Of a DNA stretch of 64,000 bases, positions 38,672 to 48,321 are shown piece by piece (the stretch's first letter is position 1; each line of letters begins with the position of its first letter). The DNA comes from Eubacterium sp. (lineage in GTDB: Bacteria > Bacillota > Clostridia > Oscillospirales > Acutalibacteraceae). The stretch lies in the NCBI GenBank assembly GCA_017886765.1, contig JAGHJI010000064.1, forward strand, positions 24 to 64,023, given 5' to 3'. A model generated the notes under the pieces. That model saw only the letters and a program-made list of their open reading frames with translations. It was not told the origin of the DNA and did not search any database. The position numbers and the translations under genes were made by a program.

Positions 38672-41149
38672 ATGAAAAGAGTTTTATCCTTATTATTAAG
38701 TACGGTAATGCTTTTAACTGTTTTTGCGGGATTTGAAATCACCGCTTACGCCGCCACAAGGAGCGGTACAACAGGCGATCTGAGCTGGTCGCTGGATACG
38801 GATACCGGCGTCTTCACATTAAGCGGAAACGGCGAGAGCGGGGATTATACCAACACGCTGTTTGGCGGAAAACCGGATTGGTACCTCTATCGTAGATATA
38901 TAAATAACGTCGTTATTGAAAACGGCGTTACGTATCTGGGAAACTATCTGTTTTATGACTGTGAGAATTTGGATACCGTCGTCTTTAACGGCTCCAGCGT
39001 GACTACGATCGGAGAAGGTACTTTCTCTAACTGCACCAGTTCAACCTACTGGCTTGATATTCCGGAATCGGTAACAAGTATCGGCTCGGGCGCTTTCAGC
39101 TCCACAAATTTCAACTATGTAAAATTCTTTTCCCCCAGTATCAGTATAGCAAATAATGCTTTCGGCACCGGCGGCGGGTACGCAAGATTTTTCGGCCTCC
39201 ACGATTCCGGCGCGCGCGCTTTTGTCCAGAACGGCCAGAACAACGGATACGACTGGCACTATTACTGTATAATAGAAGACGGCAGGGAGATTGAAGGCGG
39301 CTACCACGATTACCGCACGGAAACTGTCGAGCCCACCTGTACGTCACAAGGCTATGACAGATATTACTGCGCCTACTGTGATGTGGACGAGGTGAAGAGC
39401 AATTATACCGATATGATCGGACATAATTACAGATATGCCGGTACAAATGCGTCCAACCTTGTCTACACCTGCAGCAACTGCGGAAGAAACGATCTGATGC
39501 TGGACGCAGTTATGATTCAGAATGAATTTATAAACGCCATTAGCCACGATAACGACAACGCACCATACAACCAGTCGAATTATGACGGAAGAGTCGATGT
39601 TTACCTTGACGGCTATGTAAACGCAAAGGACTTCTTGTTTATTGACAATCTTGTAAAGAATATAGATACCACAAACAAACAGACCGTTATAGACGAAAGC
39701 ACCACCTATCAGACAATGGAGGGCTTCGGCGCCTCCGCCGCCTGGTGGGCTCAGGATGTAGGCGGCTGGGATAACCTGGACGAGATCATCGAGCTGCTTT
39801 ACGGCACGGACAAAGGCATAGGGCTTAATATCTACCGCTACAATTTGGGCGGCGGTTCCGAGGATGACACCCATATATCCGACTGGCGCAGAAGGGCGGA
39901 GGATTTTCTGGATGAAAACAGCAATATAAATGACGCGTCAACATATGACTGGGACGCCGATATCAACGCCAGGAACGCCCTCGCCTCAGCACAAAAGGCA
40001 AACAGCGACTTAAAGGTCACCCTTTTCTCCAATTCCGCGCCGGTATCCCTGACAGATAACGGGCTGGCATACTGCAGCAACGGCGCAACGCAAAACCTCA
40101 GTGAAAGCAACTACCAGGCTTTCGCAAATTATGTTGTAAACTGCGCCGAGCATTTCATAGAAGAGGGCTACAATGTTACCACCGTATCCCCTATCAACGA
40201 GCCGGAATGGGCATGGGCTGCGGATGAAAGCGGAAACTGCAGTCAGGAGGGCTGTCACTGGGAACGCGGCGCGGCGCGTACGTTCTACAACAATTATATG
40301 GTGCCGGCACTGCAGAACAGCAGTCTTAACGGAAAAGTAGAATTATCCGTTTGGGAAAGCGGTCAGCTTAACCACTCGGATTACTGGGATGATTTTCTCA
40401 ACTATTTCTTCTCATCTGATACAAACTTCTGGAGTTTAGAAAAATACGGCAACTATAACCAGAATATCAGAAGCTATGTAAATTCGCTTGACACCCATTC
40501 CTACTGGGCAAGTCAAAGCGACAGAGAGGCGGTAGCCGAACAGCTTCAGGACAGTGATTACTCGGCAATCCAAAAGGTGCGCTGCACCGAATACTGTCAG
40601 ATGACAAACGACGGTAACAGCGGCGTATACGACATTATTGAGGACGAGAATTTCTATACAAACGGCATGACCATTGAATACGGAATTGCTCTGGCTGATA
40701 TTATTTACCAGGATCTCACCATACTTAACGCTGTTGAGTGGGATTGGTGGACAGCCTGCAGCGGCGGCGTATATCCCGACGGTCTGGTGTATATAAACTA
40801 TAACGACCATTCCGATGTTCAGACCTCAAAGCGTTTGTGGTGCCTGGGCAACTACTCAAAATTCATTGACGACGGCGCCAAGAGGATTTCTGTTTCAACA
40901 GGCAGCGCTATGCCGTCAACTGTTGAGCAGAGCGCTTATCTGAATCCCGACGGCAGCATTGCCATTGTATATATCAACAAGGGTGAAACAACACAGTACA
41001 CCTCCTTTGACAGCAGTCAGTACACCTCCTTTGAAACCTATGTTACGGACGAGATGCACGATCTGGAGCAGTATCAGTCAGGAAGCGTAAACGCCAGAGC
41101 GGTATCCATTCCCGCCAAAAGCGTAACAACAGTCATACTTGAAAAATAA
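38672..41149 (+). CDS. Secreted multidomain glycoside hydrolase: BspA-like LRR, Cys-rich repeat, dockerin-like Ca loop, GH30 catalytic domain
   Basis: Signal peptide; VVIENGVTYLGNYLF and LDIPESVTSIGSGAF LRR repeats; TVEPTCTSQGY...CAYC; DVYLDGYVNAKD; YQTMEGFGASAAWW, IYRYNLGGG, SPINEP and CTEYC. Confidence 0.82.
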   Translation: MKRVLSLLLSTVMLLTVFAGFEITAYAATRSGTTGDLSWSLDTDTGVFTLSGNGESGDYTNTLFGGKPDWYLYRRYINNVVIENGVTYLGNYLFYDCENLDTVVFNGSSVTTIGEGTFSNCTSSTYWLDIPESVTSIGSGAFSSTNFNYVKFFSPSISIANNAFGTGGGYARFFGLHDSGARAFVQNGQNNGYDWHYYCIIEDGREIEGGYHDYRTETVEPTCTSQGYDRYYCAYCDVDEVKSNYTDMIGHNYRYAGTNASNLVYTCSNCGRNDLMLDAVMIQNEFINAISHDNDNAPYNQSNYDGRVDVYLDGYVNAKDFLFIDNLVKNIDTTNKQTVIDESTTYQTMEGFGASAAWWAQDVGGWDNLDEIIELLYGTDKGIGLNIYRYNLGGGSEDDTHISDWRRRAEDFLDENSNINDASTYDWDADINARNALASAQKANSDLKVTLFSNSAPVSLTDNGLAYCSNGATQNLSESNYQAFANYVVNCAEHFIEEGYNVTTVSPINEPEWAWAADESGNCSQEGCHWERGAARTFYNNYMVPALQNSSLNGKVELSVWESGQLNHSDYWDDFLNYFFSSDTNFWSLEKYGNYNQNIRSYVNSLDTHSYWASQSDREAVAEQLQDSDYSAIQKVRCTEYCQMTNDGNSGVYDIIEDENFYTNGMTIEYGIALADIIYQDLTILNAVEWDWWTACSGGVYPDGLVYINYNDHSDVQTSKRLWCLGNYSKFIDDGAKRISVSTGSAMPSTVEQSAYLNPDGSIAIVYINKGETTQYTSFDSSQYTSFETYVTDEMHDLEQYQSGSVNARAVSIPAKSVTTVILEK

Positions 41150-41152
41150 TCA

Positions 41153-41190
41153 AACCCCCAAGACTGTAAAAAACATAGTCTTGGGGTTTT
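41153..41190 (+). terminator. Terminator after GH30
   Basis: AAACCCCAAGACT...AGTCTTGGGGTTTT. Confidence 0.75.
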
Positions 41191-41204
41191 TATAACATAA
41201 ATGA

Positions 41205-41438
41205 TGTATTAACGCACCCTGCGCCGCTGTGCGCGTTGTGCGCGCGGCGCAAACCCATATATTCGGGCGATTGGTAATCGCCCCTACGGTAACATGCTGC
41301 GTTATTGCGTGCAAAAAGAGGTTTCCAAAGGGGAATAAGCCTGCGCCTCCCCTTTGGTCGTTTTCTCGGTTACCGTCTTTTGCGATTCAAAAGATGGTAA
41401 CATCCGCGCTTAAGCGCAAATCACATTCTTAACATATT
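41205..41438. repeat. Dispersed multi-hairpin repeat R1, copy 2
   Basis: Aligns with 30908-31140; contains a perfect GTAG-GGGCGATT-ACC-AATCGCCC on the minus strand. Confidence 0.9.
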
Positions 41439-41461
41439 TCATACGGTAAATCTTATTTTTC

Positions 41462-41911
41462 TTACAAAAACTGTCTTACATCCTCTGCAAGTTTATCTTC
41501 AATGCGTACAAGTCTGCCCGTTATATCTCTCGACTTATGGTCAGCGCTTTTATACTGATTAAGGTACCTGCTCAGCGACTTTACGCCCATATTGCATCCG
41601 TCAGTGATCAGATCGGCTATCGTGCTGTCATCACCGTCAAAAGCCATTTTCATATTCGTTTTTACCCAGCTCATACCCTTTGCCATCGGATTTGGATTTT
41701 TACCGTCGTCATTATGCTCGCTGAGAAGAACGAGAATTTCATTTTTCAGCTTTTCATGCTGGCTTTTACAGTTATGAAGAAGATTTCTGAAATCAACGTT
41801 TTTCACGTTGTCGATTACGTCGTCAATGGCGGACACGCCCATTTTTATACCGGCGTCACATTCTTTAAGGAGCTTTACCGTATCTCCGTCCGCACCTGTT
41901 TTATCCGTCAT
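41462..41911 (-). CDS. Conserved hypothetical four-helix (ferritin-like) protein
   Basis: LLKECDAGIKMG...NPMAKGMSWVKTNMK...GCNMGVKSL helical pattern seen in clostridial small proteins; the family is not firmly recognised. Confidence 0.55.
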   Translation of the reverse strand: MTDKTGADGDTVKLLKECDAGIKMGVSAIDDVIDNVKNVDFRNLLHNCKSQHEKLKNEILVLLSEHNDDGKNPNPMAKGMSWVKTNMKMAFDGDDSTIADLITDGCNMGVKSLSRYLNQYKSADHKSRDITGRLVRIEDKLAEDVRQFL

Positions 41912-42050
41912 ACTATCCCTGCTTTCTAAAAAAATTACTGATAAAAGTATTTGCCTTTACCGGCAGATTATGCAATATGAATATGCGCAGGCTATTTGTC
42001 AAACAATATTATAAACTTGATAAAATTTTACGGAGTGTTATAATAAAATC

Positions 42051-42833
42051 ATGAGAAATTATCATACGCATACAACCAGATGCCGCCACGCTTTCGGCAA
42101 GGACAGGGATTATGTAAATAAAGCGATTAAAGCGGGTATTACGGAGCTGGGCTTTTCAGACCATGCCCCGATGCTTTTTCCTGTGGATAACTATTATTCC
42201 ACATACAGAATGTTTCCCGAGGATGTGCCGGATTACGTCAATTCCATAAACCTTCTGCGCGAGGAATACAAAGATAAAATTAAAATTCATTTGGGATATG
42301 AAATCGAGTATCTGCCGGATATTATAGATAAGACCATTGCGTATCTGAAAAAATACGGTTACGAATATCTGATACTCGGTCAGCATTTTACCGACAATGA
42401 ATACGAACCGCACTCCCATTACTGCGGAATACCCAGCAATAACGCCCAAGCCTTTGACAAATATATTGAACAGGCGCTGGACGGACTCAAAACAGGTATG
42501 TTTTTATATATTGCCCACCCGGACTTATTTAATTACACAGGACCTGACGAAGTGTATACGGAAAAAATGACTTATTTCTGCCAGGAAATCAAAAAGCTGG
42601 ACTACCCCGTGGAGTTCAATCTGCTGGGCTACGCGCAAAAAAGAAATTATCCCGACAAGCGTTTCTGGGAAATCGTGTCAAAAGTGGGCAATGATGTCAT
42701 AATCGGATTCGATGCCCATTCACCCGAGGTTTTCCAGAATAAAAAGATCTATAACGACGCGAAAAAATATTTGTCAAATCTGGGTATCATCCCCCTTGAA
42801 AAACTGGAAATAGGCGAACAAAAGGAGCGATAA
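42051..42833 (+). CDS. PHP-family phosphatase (HisJ/HisK histidinol-phosphatase-like)
   Basis: NYHTHT, GFSDHAP, GYEIEY, AHPDL and GFDAH metal-binding motifs. Confidence 0.88.
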   Translation: MRNYHTHTTRCRHAFGKDRDYVNKAIKAGITELGFSDHAPMLFPVDNYYSTYRMFPEDVPDYVNSINLLREEYKDKIKIHLGYEIEYLPDIIDKTIAYLKKYGYEYLILGQHFTDNEYEPHSHYCGIPSNNAQAFDKYIEQALDGLKTGMFLYIAHPDLFNYTGPDEVYTEKMTYFCQEIKKLDYPVEFNLLGYAQKRNYPDKRFWEIVSKVGNDVIIGFDAHSPEVFQNKKIYNDAKKYLSNLGIIPLEKLEIGEQKER

Positions 42834-42908
42834 ACAACCGCTCCTTTCAGACCGTCGATAAAATGGGCTGAACCACGCCAAAACAAATAAGCGTAGTATG
42901 CATTTTTT

Positions 42909-42934
42909 GTAGGGGACGGTGTCCCCGCCGTCCC
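42909..42934 (+). repeat. GTAG-type REP-like palindrome
   Basis: GTAG-GGGACGG-TGTCCCCG-CCGTCCC. Confidence 0.6.
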
Positions 42935-43168
42935 GTTTTGGCGGAGGGAGTGCAACAAAAAACAGCGGTAAGGATATCGAATCCTTACCGCTGTTGGGCG
43001 TTTTTCGTTTTTTGCTCAGGGGCGATACCGTCGTACAGCACCCGTTCGCAAGAAAACGAAATTCATCTCCATTTCTCGCAGTCTAACAGCGTGTAGAAAT
43101 CTATTCTTGGACTTTTTCTACACGCTGAAAGGAGCGGTAAATAGCCGCTCCTTTTTGGTTGTATTAAA

Positions 43169-45109
43169 TCAAAGCGCTTTGGTTTCGATTTCCTCCAGGA
43201 TTCTTGCTAAGAATTCGTCTGTGGTCGTGGCACCCTCGTCACCATTCTTTCTGGAACGCACAGAGATTGTGCCGTTTTCAATATCCTTATCCCCTGCAAG
43301 AAGCATATAAGGAATCTTTTCAAGCTGCGCGCTTCTAATCTTAAATCCGATTTTCTCCGACCTGTCATCGATTTCACAGCGGATACCCTTTGCCTCCAGT
43401 GCTTTTTTGACCTCGTTCAGATAATCAAGATGCCTGTCGGCGATGGGCAGCAGCTTGACCTGAACCGGAGCAAGCCAAGTCGGGAATGCGCCGGCATACT
43501 TTTCAATAAGAAGGGCAAGCGTCCTTTCATAACAGCCGATGGATGTTCTGTGAATGATATAGGGATTTTTCTTCACACCGTCACGGTCAACGTATTCCAT
43601 ACCGAATTTTTCAGCGAGCATCTGGTCAATCTGGATTGTGATAAGCGTATCTTCTTTCCCAAAAACGTTTTTAATCTGTATATCAAGTTTCGGTCCGTAG
43701 AACGCGGCCTCGCCGATACCGATCTTATATTCAAGTCCAAGATCGTCAAGAATGTTTTTCATAGCGCTCTGCGCCTCGTCCCACTGTTCTTCAGTTCCGA
43801 TATATTTTTCGCGGTTATTCGGATCCCATTGACTGAATCTGAAAGTTACATCCTCATAAAGTCCCAGTGTTTTCAGCATATATTCGCAAAGCTCCATGCA
43901 GCCTCTAAATTCGTCCTCAAGCTGTTCCGGAGTACACATAAGATGACCTTCTGAAATTGTAAACTGACGGACACGTATAAGTCCGTGCATTTCACCGCTG
44001 GCCTCATTTCTGAACAAAGTCGAGGTTTCGTCATATCTGAGCGGCAGATCACGGTATGAACGCGGCTTATTAAGGTATGCCTGGTACTGGAACGGGCAGG
44101 TCATAGGACGAAGTGCGAAAACTTCCTTATCCTTTTCCTCGTCGCCTAAAACAAACATTCCTTCCTTATAATGATCCCAGTGTCCGGATATCTTATATAA
44201 GTCAGATTTAGCCATAAGAGGAGTTTTAGTAAGCTGCCAACCTCTCTTTGCTTCCTCATCCTCCACCCAGCGCTGCAGAATCTGGATGATCTTTGTTCCT
44301 TTGGGCAGCATGATCGGCAGTCCCTGACCGATATAGTCAACTGTTGTGAACAATTCAAGCTCTCTGCCGAGCTTGTTATGGTCGCGTTTTTTTGCCTCCT
44401 CAAGCGCCTGCAAATGCTCTTCCAGCATGGACGCTTTGGGGAAAGCGGTACCGTAAACACGGCAGAGCATCTTGTTTTTGGAATCGCCGCGCCAGTAAGC
44501 GCCCGTGCAGTTCGTCAGTTTAAACGCTTTTACGACCTTCATATCCATAAGGTGAGGACCGGCGCAAAGCTCGGTAAACTCTCCCTGCTTATAGAAGCTG
44601 ATGGGCTCGCCCTTTTCCGCATGCTCCTGAATAAGCTCAACCTTATACGGCTCGCCCTTTTCCTCCATAAGTTTAATGGCGTCAGCAGGAGGAAGCTCAA
44701 ATCTTTCGATTTCCGGAGCCTCTTTTACGATTTTTTTCATTTCCTTTTCAATGGCTTCGAGATTTTCCGGAGTAAACGGCTCGTCAACATCGAAATCATA
44801 ATAAAATCCGTTTTCAATAGCTGGACCGATTGTCAGCTTTGCGTCCGGATAAAGTCTTTTTACCGCCTGCGCCATAATATGTGACGCTGTATGGTTAAAA
44901 GTCTTTTTTCCGTCCTCATTGTCGAATGTAAGAACTTCAAAATCGCAGTCGCTGTCCACAACGGTTCTCAGGTCCTTTACCTCCCCGTTTATTCTGCAGC
45001 AGCATGCATTTCTGTAAAGACCCATTGAGATATCCTTCGTTATATCAGCGGCTGTGACCGGTACTTCATATTCTCTGACCGTACCGTCTTTTAAAATAAT
45101 CTTAATCAT
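43169..45109 (-). CDS. thrS: Threonyl-tRNA synthetase
   Basis: TGS domain, FNHTASHIMAQAV, GFYYDF, ELCAGPH, RPMTCP, GEAAFYGPKLD and anticodon-binding domain. Confidence 0.98.
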   Translation of the reverse strand: MIKIILKDGTVREYEVPVTAADITKDISMGLYRNACCCRINGEVKDLRTVVDSDCDFEVLTFDNEDGKKTFNHTASHIMAQAVKRLYPDAKLTIGPAIENGFYYDFDVDEPFTPENLEAIEKEMKKIVKEAPEIERFELPPADAIKLMEEKGEPYKVELIQEHAEKGEPISFYKQGEFTELCAGPHLMDMKVVKAFKLTNCTGAYWRGDSKNKMLCRVYGTAFPKASMLEEHLQALEEAKKRDHNKLGRELELFTTVDYIGQGLPIMLPKGTKIIQILQRWVEDEEAKRGWQLTKTPLMAKSDLYKISGHWDHYKEGMFVLGDEEKDKEVFALRPMTCPFQYQAYLNKPRSYRDLPLRYDETSTLFRNEASGEMHGLIRVRQFTISEGHLMCTPEQLEDEFRGCMELCEYMLKTLGLYEDVTFRFSQWDPNNREKYIGTEEQWDEAQSAMKNILDDLGLEYKIGIGEAAFYGPKLDIQIKNVFGKEDTLITIQIDQMLAEKFGMEYVDRDGVKKNPYIIHRTSIGCYERTLALLIEKYAGAFPTWLAPVQVKLLPIADRHLDYLNEVKKALEAKGIRCEIDDRSEKIGFKIRSAQLEKIPYMLLAGDKDIENGTISVRSRKNGDEGATTTDEFLARILEEIETKAL

Positions 45110-45131
45110 TTTATATTACCTCCATAAAAAT

Positions 45132-45345
45132 AAAAAAATCACCCTGAAAAATCAGGGTGAATAAAATCCACGGTCCCACCTGAATTATACTGAAAACAGT
45201 ATCACTCATTGCCTTTTAACGCGGGCGGCGTCCTGTCATTTCCTACAGGCTCTCAAAGGCGGTAATCTGCTTTTCATACTGCGCGCTTGCACCGTCCGCG
45301 CGCTCTCTGCAAGCTGTAAAAGCAAATCATGTCCTTATCATCAAT
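45132..45345 (-). promoter_or_regulatory. T-box riboswitch (threonine, ACC specifier)
   Basis: Minus strand: AGAGAG...GGTGCAAG, ACC at 45261-45263, T-box AATTCAGGTGGGACCGTGG (45168-45186), terminator TCACCCTGA...TCAGGGTGA plus T tract. Confidence 0.9.
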
Positions 45346-45359
45346 TTTATGTTTATAAT

Positions 45360-45388
45360 ATTTTAACACCCCTTACTGTTATTGTCAA
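45360..45388 (-). promoter_or_regulatory. SigA promoter of the thrS leader
   Basis: TTGACA-17 nt-TAAAAT. Confidence 0.75.
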
Positions 45389-45425
45389 CTGGTAAAAGTT
45401 TAATTTCGCTTTGTTTTTAAAAAAC

Positions 45426-45454
45426 TTGACAGATACAAGATATAGGTGTATATT
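45426..45454 (+). promoter_or_regulatory. SigA promoter of rny
   Basis: TTGACA-17 nt-TATATT. Confidence 0.6.
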
Positions 45455-45588
45455 ATTATAGATGTTTTACATATAGTTACACTTTTTCCTGTATAAATAT
45501 GTAAAATTTTCCAAAATTGCATTTAAACTGTACCTTTTCTGAATGGTAAATTTCGAGAATTTTAAACAGAAGGAGGTGCTGTTGACGT

Positions 45589-47145
45589 ATGAGTAGTACA
45601 ATCATTCCGATTGTTGTCGGCATAGTATGTGCCGTTATTTTTGGTATAATCGGCTTTGTTCTCGGCGGCGAACACCGCAGAAGAACAAGCGAAAAAGCTA
45701 TCGGCTCCGCAACGCAGGAGGCGACAAAAATAATCAACAACGCTTTGTCAGAGGCTGAGGCTACAAAAAAGGCCCGTCTTGTGGAAGCGAAGGATGAAAT
45801 TCACAAGCTCCGTTCGGATGCCGATAAAGATATCCGAGAGAGAAGAAGTGAAGTTCAGAGACAGGAGACACGATTAAATCAGAGAGAAGAATATCTTGAT
45901 AAACGTGCGGATTCCATTGAACAAAAAACGAACGCTTTAAGCGAAAAGCAAAAAAAGCTTGATGAAAAACTACTCGAGATTGACGGCATTAAGAAAAGCC
46001 AGTTTGATATGCTGGAGCGCATATCAGGACTCACCCAGGAGGAAGCCAAGGAACAGCTCCTTGCAACGCTCAGTGAGGAACTTGATACAGAGAAAAGCAA
46101 GCGTATCCTTGAGTACGAACAGATGGTCCGTGACCAGAGCGAAGTTCTGGCAAAGGAAATTATCAGTACCGCAATTCAGCGCTGCGCGGCGGATCACACC
46201 GCTGAAACCACAGTTTCCGTGGTTGCTCTTCCAAATGATGAAATGAAAGGCCGAATCATAGGCAGAGAGGGCAGAAACATCCGCTCTATTGAAACGATTA
46301 CCGGTGTTGAACTGATTATTGACGACACGCCGGAGGCGATTACAATCAGTTCCTTTGACCCTGTCAGAAGGGAGATCGCCCGCCTCACGCTTGAAAGACT
46401 GATTCAGGACGGAAGAATCCATCCCACCAAGATTGAAGAGTGCTTTGAAAAAAGTAAAAAAGAAGTTAACGACACCATTAAGCAGGAGGGTGAAAAGGCT
46501 GTTCTTTCAGCAAACTGCGGTCATATTCATCCCGAGCTTGTCAAACTTCTCGGTAAATTAAAATACCGTACGTCATACGGTCAGAGTGTGCTTAAGCACA
46601 GCCTGGAGGTCTCATACATAGCAGGTCTTATGGCTGCTGAGTTGGGCGCCGACGAAAAGCAGGCAAGACGTGCCGGACTTCTTCATGATATCGGTAAAGC
46701 GCTTGACCACGAAATGGAAGGCTCGCATATCCAGCTCGGTGTAGAGTATGCGAGAAAGTATAAGGAGAGCGAAGGCGTAATCCACGCAATCGCCGCCCAT
46801 CACGGTGAAATTGAATGCAAAACAGTGGTAGCTTGTCTTGTTCAGGCTGCCGACGCGGTTTCCGCCGCAAGGCCGGGCGCGAGAAGAGAAAATATTGAAA
46901 ACTATATCAAGCGTTTACAGCAGCTTGAGGAAATATCCACAAGCTTTGACGGCGTAGAGCGCGCTTATGCAATTCAGGCGGGACGTGAAGTCAGAGTCAT
47001 GGTTAAACCCAACGTGATTGACGACAGCAGAATGCCTTATATCGCGCATGAAATCGCCAAGAAGATCGAAGATGAAATGGAATATCCCGGACAGATCAAA
47101 GTGAACATCATTAGGGAGTCCAGAGTAAGCGATATCGCAAAATAA
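45589..47145 (+). CDS. rny: Ribonuclease Y
   Basis: N-terminal TM, coiled coil, KH ([14 protein letters not shown]) and HD domain (GLLHDIGKA), [10 protein letters not shown]. Confidence 0.97.
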   Translation: MSSTIIPIVVGIVCAVIFGIIGFVLGGEHRRRTSEKAIGSATQEATKIINNALSEAEATKKARLVEAKDEIHKLRSDADKDIRERRSEVQRQETRLNQREEYLDKRADSIEQKTNALSEKQKKLDEKLLEIDGIKKSQFDMLERISGLTQEEAKEQLLATLSEELDTEKSKRILEYEQMVRDQSEVLAKEIISTAIQRCAADHTAETTVSVVALPNDEMKGRIIGREGRNIRSIETITGVELIIDDTPEAITISSFDPVRREIARLTLERLIQDGRIHPTKIEECFEKSKKEVNDTIKQEGEKAVLSANCGHIHPELVKLLGKLKYRTSYGQSVLKHSLEVSYIAGLMAAELGADEKQARRAGLLHDIGKALDHEMEGSHIQLGVEYARKYKESEGVIHAIAAHHGEIECKTVVACLVQAADAVSAARPGARRENIENYIKRLQQLEEISTSFDGVERAYAIQAGREVRVMVKPNVIDDSRMPYIAHEIAKKIEDEMEYPGQIKVNIIRESRVSDIAK

Positions 47146-47166
47146 CATTTAACTTAAACAAAAAGT

Positions 47167-47194
47167 AAAAATGCCGACAAATGTCGGCATTTTT
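47167..47194 (+). terminator. Terminator after rny
   Basis: AAAAATGCCGACA-AA-TGTCGGCATTTTT. Confidence 0.75.
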
Positions 47195-47214
47195 CACTAT
47201 AATGAGGTGATAGT

Positions 47215-47505
47215 ATGATAAAACACATTGTATGTTTCAAGCTCAAAGACAACAGCCCCAAAAGCTGTGAAAAAGCGGCTGAAGTGTTCAGGTCAATGGA
47301 CGGCAAGGTGCCGATGCTGAGGAGTATTCAGGTAGGCATAGATTTTCTGCATTCTCCCCGTTCCTATGATATTGTTCTGGAAACCACATTTGATGACGAA
47401 GAGGCGCTGAATCATTATCAAAATGACCCCTACCACTGTGATGTTGTAAAAAAATACATTCACAGCGTGCAGGAAACTTCTGTTGCAATCGACTATAAAT
47501 TATAA
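47215..47505 (+). CDS. Dabb / stress-responsive A/B barrel protein
   Basis: MIKHIVCFKLK...SYDIVLETTFDD...YQNDPYH...DY pattern. Confidence 0.85.
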   Translation: MIKHIVCFKLKDNSPKSCEKAAEVFRSMDGKVPMLRSIQVGIDFLHSPRSYDIVLETTFDDEEALNHYQNDPYHCDVVKKYIHSVQETSVAIDYKL

Positions 47506-47545
47506 AAATAAAGCTGTCGCACATACTTTGTGACAGCTTTATTTT
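47505..47545. terminator. Bidirectional terminator
   Basis: AAAATAAAGCTGTCGCA...TGTGACAGCTTTATTTT. Confidence 0.75.
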
Positions 47546-47868
47546 TTTGCCAACTCAACACATTTTTCCACAATATCATTGACCGTCTGTATATCCCGGG
47601 GATTGAGACTCTCAAGCTTTGAAACATTCATTCCGGCAAGAGAATTGCTTTTGCCGGTCAGCAGAAAATCTGCGGTTGTATTTAGCGCGGCGGCTAATCT
47701 AATTATTGTTTTCGCTCTTAATTCACGTTCCCCACGCTCATAATTTGATATTGCCTGCGGCGTGGTATCTGCCAGTTCCGCAAGTCTTTCCTGGGTGATT
47801 CCGGCTTGTCTTCTTCGTTCATAAATACGCTTGCCGATATCTAAATTCAGCTTTTTGTCTTCATTCAC
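47539..47868 (-). CDS. XRE-family HTH transcriptional regulator
   Basis: IGKRIYERRRQAGITQERLAEL...ISNYERGER...LNTTADFLLTG; likely GTG start at 47868 after AGGGGTGA. Confidence 0.88.
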   Translation of the reverse strand: MNEDKKLNLDIGKRIYERRRQAGITQERLAELADTTPQAISNYERGERELRAKTIIRLAAALNTTADFLLTGKSNSLAGMNVSKLESLNPRDIQTVNDIVEKCVELAKK

Positions 47869-48254
47869 TTTATCACCCCTTTGTTTAATTATATAAACAA
47901 AACTCTGAAATATTAATACGATATCGTTGAAATTTATAAACAATTCGTTTATAATGATGTATGATGTATATTGAATTACAAAATCAAATTATTATCAAAT
48001 AAATATAGGCTAATAATTATTTTGCCTTTTCCGCACTGGCACTGTAAGAGAGTTGATGAAATGAATGATTTTTAAAAGAGCTAAACTCCATATCACGTTT
48101 ACAAAAAAGCTTTCAGAAAAATTATATGAATAGAACCATTATTTTTTATTACCGTATAGAATTCTGATACATTCTGAATACACCGCATTCTATCCAAATA
48201 AACAGCCATGCTTTAATAAATAAATAAATATATAATATTATATATATGTTAAAG

Positions 48255-48283
48255 TTGACATATTATATGCTAACTGCTATAAT
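48255..48283 (+). promoter_or_regulatory. Consensus SigA promoter of the capsule/EPS operon
   Basis: TTGACA-17 nt-TATAAT with TGn extension. Confidence 0.85.
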
Positions 48284-48321
48284 ATTTTTGTATCTTAATT
48301 TATCAACATACGGAGGAAATT

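Noticed and set aside
40994-41034. 17-bp direct repeat CAGTACACCTCCTTTGA inside the GH30 gene
   Set aside because: It is an in-frame micro-duplication (QYTSF x2) in a beta-sandwich region; there is no evidence of an att site or function.
30908-41438. R1 or R2 as CRISPR repeats or integron attC sites
   Set aside because: Only two widely separated copies of each exist, with no regular repeat-spacer periodicity and no cas or integrase gene in the window.
47870-48321. Invertible promoter controlling the capsule
   Set aside because: No pair of inverted repeats flanking the promoter and no recombinase gene were seen.
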